NCBI RefSeq assembly: GCF_000150275.1
Contig: NW_002060978.1
Location: 124,001 to 188,000, forward strand
Source: Trichoplax adhaerens
Taxonomy: Eukaryota > Animalia > Placozoa
DNA length: 64,000 nt
Direction: 5' to 3'
Part shown: piece by piece, positions 55,847-64,000 of the stretch
How positions within the stretch are numbered: position 1 is the stretch's first letter
How the letters are laid out: each line of letters starts with the position of its first letter
The notes under the pieces: model-generated
What the model was told of the DNA's origin: nothing
The model's input: the letters and a program-made list of their open reading frames with translations, nothing else
Database searches by the model: none
Made by a program: the position numbers and the translations under genes

Positions 55847-58800
55847 CTATCCTTCACTTTCTTTAGATGAAAGGTTATTATCTTTCTTATTGCCAGTAGC
55901 CGTATTACGTTGCATTGAGAACATGACACCCTTTAAAAAGTTTATTAATAATTATAATCAATATCCTATGGTGTAAAACAAATTAAATATCTTGAAAGGT
56001 ATTCTAATAAATGCGGTATACAAACAAAAGACGCCATCTTCAAGGAATTGTATGACTTACCAATTGATCCAGAATGGCTGGAAGTTTTTGCCTTGGACAC
56101 TTGATAGAAGACGCCTTTAAAAGACGATGTAAATCGCGCAATTCTAAGGGCTATCAACAATTTAAATAAAGAATATATCGTGCAGTCAATTACGCAATTA
56201 TTTAAAATTTTACAGATTATCACATGGTATAACAAGACAAAGGCATAATGAGTCACTTATTAACCTCGTATTTTAGTACAGACATATACACAGCTCGATT
56301 TGACTTGATAAAATCAGAAATTCGGTCGGCAATGTTACTTTCACGAATCTGCAGAATCAAAGTAGTAACAAACCCATTTCATTTTAAATAAATACTAAAG
56401 AGAGCAAAATCCTAAAATCAGCGGAATCTGCTAACTTCTTGTGTTGATAGTATATCATCAGTTTCACTATTTTCATCATCATCTGCAACTAATGAACTCT
56501 TGCAACTAGATTGGATAACAAAATAAGTAAATTATCGTTAGTGCCTGGCATGTTAACATCAAAGATACCGTTAACATTACCTCCCATAGCTGGCTGAATT
56601 TTGACTGTTAGCATCACAGTCGCTTTTATCCGATTGAGTTGCGGCATCATCTAAACATGCGTCATTAAAATGGAATAACGCGATCAAATCTTGTAATACT
56701 AGTCTGGAAATTTTTCGATCATTTTAATTATACATTGCTGTTGTACGTACTCAAATATTGATTGATTTGTTCGAGTTTGGCAATCATTTGCCTTTTCGGT
56801 AAAGGTTTCACACCGTATTTTTGTAGTTGATTCTGTAATTATAGAATATGCGATTATGAGACGAAATATCATAATTGCTGAAAATTTTATTATAATGCCG
56901 TACTAGCAGAGCTATTAATAAGAAACCTTTAGTTCAGGAGTCGAATAATCAGTAACAAGTCGTTGATTAGTAGTATTGCTACTAGGATAATGGGGAGATC
57001 CCTTCGCGGTTAAGGTTGCTGATAGACTAGTTTCAAATTCCAGATTACGGTCCTGACTAGCAGAGAAATGATCTATGTCGGCTTTGGGATCTTCCACTAC
57101 AGTTGGAGACTCATCGCGCAGTAAAAAGAAATCTAAATCTGCGTTGTATCCTCCATCATCAATAAACTGGAAATCTTCGTTATCGTCTGAATTTTCGGCA
57201 GGGTTCTCGTGCATGGACTGGGGGCTTCCATCTGCAATTTTCCTTAAATTGTCTTGACTGAGGACTAAAATATCATCAGATATTGCTATACTATCTTCGT
57301 GGTCACTTTTACTCGACACGACTAATACTTCTTCCTGGCTCAGATGGGAATTTGATTCTTTCCGCTGTGATTGCTCCATCAAGTGGCCAACACAGGATGA
57401 ATCTGTCGATTCTGTTGTTACTGGCTTGTGAGGGGTTATTTGTGTTAAATCAATAATATCTAAAGATATATCTTCGTCAGCTATTGACTGAGATGAATTA
57501 TTATCGTTCATTTCTTGATTAACAGTCGTTTCTTTTGTATTATCGATGACGTTGCTACTGCTATCAAATAATGACTTTACATAACGACATAAATGCCTTA
57601 ATTTTAATCTATAGAAAACAGATATAATAATTACGTTAGCTCTTCGATTAATTAGGCACTTGTGCTTGTTAATTACATCAGCACATAGTAAAAACCTTAC
57701 TTTTTGCTTAATTTAGCGACATCGATCAAAATTTCCGATGTAAAATTAACGCTGCCAGTATACATATATAACAAGAGAGCTTTAACAACTGCAGCAGAAA
57801 AATCATTCAATATCACTTCATATTTACAGTCGTTTCCATAGCTATGAAATTCCTATCAAATAAAAATGCCGTCGGTGATAAGTAATTGCCTAGGTAAAAT
57901 TTCATACTTTCTACTAACTTTATATAAGTACGGCGATCTTGCCGCAAGGATACACGCATGAGCCATAACTTTTTCTTCATCTTTGGTTACAATCGTAACA
58001 TCACAAAAATTATCATTTCTTAACATCAACGTAAAATCTTGCAGTAACTGGCTACGTATATCTGTTAATATAGCATTCGGTTCATTATTTTCGTTCTAAA
58101 GTTGAATAAAGGTTTAAACGATGTTAATAAAAAACTCTTGATTAAGTGCTTTCAACAATATACTGTATTTCGAAGGATTCCTGTATACAGTATTAAAGTA
58201 TAGGATACCTTAACATCAGGAATTGATGGTTCATTTTTCAGGTGGGTCGATTGAAGTTTTGATTTACTAGTTTGACTGATACTTTTCTGATCTGGCAGCA
58301 ATTGATTGACATAAAAATTATCCACATTCTTATTGGGTGTTAAATTTGCACTGAGGGACCATATACTGGAGGTTGGGCATGTTGTAGTAGTAGTGCTAGT
58401 CGATGATACTTCTGGAGTCCACTTTGGCTTATCGGGAGAGGGTATGCTCTCTTGGGGTTTCGTGTAGAGATTAGACAATTTGCTACTACTCATGCTTTGA
58501 GTTAATTGAATATCATTTTCTTCGTTCTAACATTGGGTTACACAATAAAACATTAGTTATAATTGTAAAATGTTTGTCCACTCGTTACGTAGTCAATATA
58601 TTTATAGACTTGCAGCCAATAACGACAATATTTAAAGAACTGTCCTATTCTTGTTTCACAAAATAATAACCTCTTGAAGTAACCGACAAGCATTGCGAGC
58701 AATATTTTCTTTTGCTTCCTCTTCACTGCAAAGCAATAGCTGAGGCATCTCTTTAAATCTAGAACATGTGAAAATTACAGTAGTACATTATATCAATTGG

Positions 58801-60673
58801 AGTAGGGAAATATCTTTCTATTTCAGTCAAAGGTTAAGGAAAGTTTAAAAGATACTTAAAAATTGTCAATATGTAGTTATGGGTGTCATTACCCTTTCTT
58901 TCTCCTCTTCTTGTTGCCTACTGAAGTTAAATCACCGGGTAAAGCAAACGTGTTGTCCTTTTCTCGTTTACTTTTATCATGCATGGAGGCTGACATAGCA
59001 AGTGCTAATTGCGTTTCCTCATCGACTTTTGATAAAGTTTTTCTCTTTGCAGGTTTAGCTTTAGGTTCATTCAGATTTTGTCCAAGATCTGGCCATCATG
59101 TAATCACACCATCAAATAATGGTAAGTAAGAGTCAGTAGCATAAACTTGATAAATACGATAAACAAGCAACGCTATTCAATATACGGTTATACATGATAT
59201 AAGATAAAATAGTGAGATATAGGCTAACGATGAACTATAGACAAGAAACAGTTCAAATGGTAACAGCCGTAAACTGGGTTCAAGTCATAATAATTATTAA
59301 CTGTCTTAAGGGTCTAAATATCGAGTAGCATTGCGAACAAATATTGTGCAATAACAGCATTGACAAAAAGTTATAGATCCTGTTATATTGGAAAAGCGAC
59401 GCGTATGATACAAGAAATTTCTCTACGCACATAGCTCAATTTTGCACGAAAGGTCATATGTAGCAATTGCAAAATTGAGATTGACGCTCCATATCATCCA
59501 TCGGCTGTTTGATCAAGACTGTAGTAAATAAGGCAGTAGTAACTTTAATTTATGGTTGCTGGATTCCAATAATATTGAGTCCTCATCATTCAAGTTCTCT
59601 TGTAGTTAAGCCACAACATTGATACTATTAAAGTTATTGTCTGTTTCTTGGTCATTATTGGCAGGCAACATTCGTCTAAGACTACTTGTACTAGTCAACA
59701 GTGAAGGAAAAGATGTTGAATGTAGTTAGTACTAACCTGTGAATCCTTTTTGCTGGCAACATCGAATTAGCTGTTCCGTTGTTATACCATGAGCCTGGCC
59801 ACAGCGTTTGATATGTATCAAATGATTCTGATATGAAAGTATTGAACATCAATAGAATCTGTTCATTTCTTAATGTTTGAAAGCAGTTGATAGAAAAATG
59901 ATGCTGTTAACTGATATACAGTAACTTACTTTAATCCGGGATAAATCTTTGCCGCAAACTGGACAAGCTATCGACTTGGTTGCAGCCGGTGCTAGTGGTT
60001 TTTCTTGTTTATTGGTTTGACTTTGACAACATTGATCAACATGTCTCTGCTTTGCTTCCATGGATAAGTTACATAACAAGCGGCCACAAACGGGGCAAAA
60101 TTCCGATAATATCTGCATGGATTTTTCTTCGTTTTCTTTTTCATCCTGCAAAATTTGAGCTGCAACTATTGAATCCGCATCACAAGTATCAGCTGTCTTC
60201 TTCCCTGATGATGACATTTGACTAGAACGATGATGATCTAAACATTGATTAACATGAAGGTTGAATAATTCCATTCCATCCTCTTGACCAAGACTGATCA
60301 TCTCAAGACAAACAGGGCAGACACGGCCACTACTACTCGCTTCTACGGCTTGGATAGGATTAACTGTAGGCGCTGTTGTTGCACTGCTAGGCTGGATAAC
60401 AATATTACTGCTTGGCGTTGTTGTTGGATGGATTGCACTGTTTGGCTGAATGACTGTATCACTGCTTGGCGTTGTTGTTGTTGGATGGATTATACTGTTA
60501 GGTTGAATGGCTGCGTGGTTGGTTGGCGTTGTTGTTAGATGGATTGCACTGTTAGTCTGAATGGTTGTATGGCTGCTTGCCATTGTTGTTGATTTACGTA
60601 ATTTCAATTTCCGTTTTGCTTGACTACTTGAATCTTGTTGTGAATCTTGTGACGCCATCTTCATCAACCGCAT
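55847..60673 (-). CDS. SLX4: SLX4/FANCP structure-specific endonuclease scaffold, about 14 exons
   Basis: Start at 60673 (or 60664/60658). Exons include 60673-59930, 59827-59737, 59088-58893, 58758-58671, 58526-58209, 58095-57919, 57852-57701, 57608-56927, 56832-~56751, two small exons, 56348-56265, 56150-56061 and 55930-55847. Domain order: UBZ4 fingers, MLR (EETQLALAMSAS; IWSLSA...NFYVNQL), BTB (FCDVTIVTKDEEKVMAHACILAARSPY; LLLYMYTG), SAP-like (STPELKNQLQKYGVKPLPKRQMIAKL), SLX1-binding domain (SVLKYEPLELRDL...ILDQLGVMF). Confidence 0.92.
60385..60590 (-). repeat. Coding minisatellite (~51-54 bp, ~4 copies) in SLX4 exon 1
   Basis: Encodes repeated TTTPSS.TVIQPNS.IHP units. Confidence 0.85.
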
Positions 60674-60899
60674 CAATCAGTGGTTATCACTTGGCAAGCT
60701 ATCACCCTAAGCTAAGCAGAGGAGAGTTGTCTAGTTGATACATCGCTTAAACGAGTTACCGCCAAGTTGAGGTGGAGGTTGGATGATCTTCAAGATGAAA
60801 ATTCTTCTGCCATAGCAGCCCAATCTTGGGATACTTCGATCGTTCGATAGCAAGAGAAAGCAGATTTGAATTGATTGAATCTATGGTTACGCAATCTAT

Positions 60900-61170
60900 C
60901 GTACAGTATGCCACAGTCCTCGAAGTACAGTACAGTACGTTTTTTTTTACAGTACATAACTGTACAGTACTGAGTACAGTACAGTTACGGACGGCCGTGC
61001 CGCTAGCTCTACAGTAAATACTGTACAGTACAGTACTGTACTGTACTGTACTGTAGTCTGTACTCTCTACGATACTAGCTCTACAGTAGATACTGTACAG
61101 TACTGTACTGTACTGTACAGTAGTCTGTACTCTCTACGATACAGTACTGTACTAGTCTACAGTACTGTAC
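60900..61170. repeat. TACAG/CTGTA self-complementary microsatellite upstream of SLX4
   Basis: Runs such as tactgtacagtacagtactgtactgtactgtactgta, plus a ~73-bp direct duplication (ctagctctacagta...gtctgtactctctacgatac) at about 61003 and 61075. Confidence 0.92.
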
Positions 61171-61446
61171 CAGAGGCAGGGAGCCACGTACTACCGAGAG
61201 AGTGACATTCAATCGTCTCTGCGAGTGGTCTGGCCTACAGGAATAAGCAAGAATGTTTGAAATGTTTTAAATCGCGCGGGTACCCTAAAGCATGGATACT
61301 TGGTGTTTAGTATCATGCAAAACACGAAATACAAATTCTAAGCAGTCAATGAAAGGATTTTCCTTCATTTTGACGTACTGTTTCATGAAGTAGCAGAGAG
61401 TAACAGGAAACCAACACTTCTCGACGTCAGCAACTTTTTTCCTTAG

Positions 61447-62806
61447 TCATTTTACTATACCGCTGGACGGAAATCGTACACCGTGCTGCAGCCAGTGATG
61501 GACTCGACTTAAGCAGTCTTCACTGCAGGATCCTACATCATCCGTAGATGCTACTATTCTAGTTGGAAGAAAAGGACTCCAACAAAGTTCCTCTCTCTAC
61601 ACTTCAGTGCCGAATATTCAGTTATTAAAAGCTGCTGTAATGCTTGCCTATATCACTTTGACACAGGTGTCTTTCTTGACTGCAAAGGACACAACAACTT
61701 AAATGCAGGGCAGATACCGTATCGATGGCACAAAAGGAATCATTCATTTCCAGTTGAAACAACGCTCTCTGGCTTGCTATAGTCTGTATGCTAGAGGAGC
61801 GTGTTATGGACTAGAGAATACACTCATCATAATCCATGACAAAGTCATTGAAAATATTCGAGATTGGCCAGGTTGGAACGGATTGCTATTTCAAATCAAA
61901 GTACGCAAAGTAAACTCCAACAAGAGACTGACCTTCTGATTTTCTTCGATAGTGGCCTGTAACACATTGAATACGGACCTTCTCCAATCGTTAGGAGGCC
62001 ACAAGAACTCTATCTTTCTCTTACACTAGATTATAAACCCAATTTTTACTAAAAAATCAACCAATTCATAGTACAGTAAATTTACCCAAACATGAATGAT
62101 CATTGCTTAGATAATATAAAAACAGGTTATCTAAACATGTATCGAACATGATTAGATAAATCGTTATCAGTAAGTTGCTAATTAAGTTATCTAGCGATAA
62201 CCATGTTACTGGGTAATAAATGTATAATTCATTATAAGCAAAAGTCATAGCAATTGCTTATGAATTTATAGCAACAGGAATTATACCTTTATCAAACGGT
62301 TGTTAGGTACGATTATAGATAGGAAAACTTAAAAGCGAAGAAGGCAATCGGAGTCATAACTCTAGCCTATTCAGATTTCCAAAATATGCCGATCAGTTTA
62401 ATGGTTCACTCAGGTATATGATCGGCACAACGATGTTGCAAAATGATATATCTCAATATAATTGATTGCACAACATGGACGTGTGCTAATCACTACCATT
62501 TCCTTATAAAACAAAGTGTAGACGAAGTTGAATGAGCCTAGTTTGTATCAAGATAGTCACGAACTTGCAAGAAAATAACTACATGCATATTCATGAATTC
62601 GTAGACAAGTAGACGCGGAAAAAACATGCAACAAATCTAAAATTAACCCCACCTTTTACAAAATGTATAAAATAGACAGACTTCTATTCTACCTCGACTT
62701 GTACAAATTGTATTTACTTCAATAGAATGGAAGCGCTCTGACAATAATAAATCATCGGAAATGGTATTGGAATCAGTCGCATAATAGATGGACAGAAGCA
62801 GTTTCC
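61447..62806 (-). CDS. Possible 3' exons of an unidentified gene
   Basis: Open AG/GT-bounded segments: ~62806-62717 (RKLLLSIYYATDSNTISDDLLLSERFHSIE), ~62025-61933 (CKRKIEFLWPPNDWRRSVFNVLQATIEENQK), ~61810-61718 (SITRSSSIQTIASQRALFQLEMNDSFCAIDT) and 61596-61447 (REELCWSPFLPTRIVASTDD...*). The last three join in phase 0. No family recognised. Confidence 0.35.
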
Positions 62807-64000
62807 GCTTGCAAAATCATAACATTGCATAGACGTAATTACACTATTTATCCCATTATCTTAACTTCATACTATTAGCAAACGATAATTTTAATCCGCC
62901 ATAAATAATCTTCCTGATTATATATTTATATCTATTAATATCCTAAGACCAGATGACAAAGTGTAAAAAACTATTGATAATGGTGCAATTAAAAAAATGA
63001 TAGATCAAGACAGTATAATGATTTAGAGGATAACTTGACAAATCAGACAGATTAGTTATTCACGTCTGCAAGTATTTGCGATATTTTTGGTCTGTTAATT
63101 GTTTTGGCCAATTCTACAGTGTTAGAATAGACAATCACGCCGTTGCTACAGAGCTCGAACGCAACAAAATGATACTCGTTCAGAAAGACTAACGGAGTAT
63201 AGTCCGAGCTTAATATCCCAATCAGTCACTAATTTGATATTGAACAAAAAAATTTTTATTTGCTTATGCTATTGCTGATTGCAATTTGCATTAATGTATT
63301 ACATGAATCAGAGGCAGAAGTGCTGTTTATTGTTTCCCTTGAGAACAGCACATGTGCCAGTGAGAATAGCGGAAACCATAGGCATCGTTAGGTAAACAAG
63401 AGATGTCACTGCTTCTCTCAACTACTGCTGCTATGAAAGAATCAACGGTCTCTATTTCACCCTCCTATCCTTATCCTTTAAATTCAATCATTGTCGCATA
63501 CGATATATAAAATTCGATAGCATAGAGATTCATCAGCGTTCTAATTAAAAACTGCAATCAAGTCTTTATTTGCTAACACTGAAATCGCAAAACAAACACA
63601 TTNTCCTGCGCGATTTGTCTGAGGCTATTCCTATTTATTATGCTAATTGCTTGATTGTAATGATTAGCATCATTTTTACTAGAATTAATTAATTTCAATT
63701 CATGTGACTAAGTGGATAATAGGCTTATGATATAATCGTTATGATTATAATCAAAAAAACAGAAATGATAACGTTAACGAGATGTTGAACACTGTACAGT
63801 ACATTATAATTATCGTTGAAGTTAGCTTGACGATCTCTCTAATCAAATCAACGATCATCGTTTAATATCAATTTTAAGTATGGTCTATTCTTGAATAGGG
63901 CAATTAAAGAAATCGACAGAAGATTTATTGTAATACAAGGATTTAGTATTATCTAGAAGTTATTAGACACCACGACAAAGTGGCTTTAATATTTAATGCA

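Noticed and set aside
61703-61939. 78-aa + strand ORF as a gene divergent from SLX4
   Set aside because: No recognisable domain, and splice-bounded open frames fit the - strand somewhat better.

Overview
AT-rich, intron-containing animal genomic DNA. The short GT-AG introns, the intronless GPCR and the gene set suggest an early-branching metazoan such as a placozoan (inference). Six genes can be built by hand. (1) An intronless class A GPCR (+, 836-2062). (2) A 5-exon thioredoxin (+, 23173-27994) whose first exon adds a ~55-aa extension starting MGCSSS, a predicted myristoylation and palmitoylation anchor. (3) YIPF6 (-) and (4) GNPDA (+), which are divergent. (5) A 17-exon FRMPD4/Preso-like WW-WW-FERM protein with no PDZ domain but with an RVxF motif and a PPSPF Homer-type ligand (+, 45591-54845). 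(6) SLX4 (-, 55847-60673), with an extra UBZ4-like finger. Possible 3' exons of an unidentified gene lie on the - strand at about 61.4-62.8 kb. The non-coding DNA is unusually structured. It holds about a dozen mostly unrelated tandem arrays of different apparent ages, most with 100-132 bp units. A self-complementary TACAG/CTGTA microsatellite is concentrated just upstream of YIPF6/GNPDA and of SLX4. No rRNA, tRNA or CRISPR array was recognised. All gene models are manual and untested.
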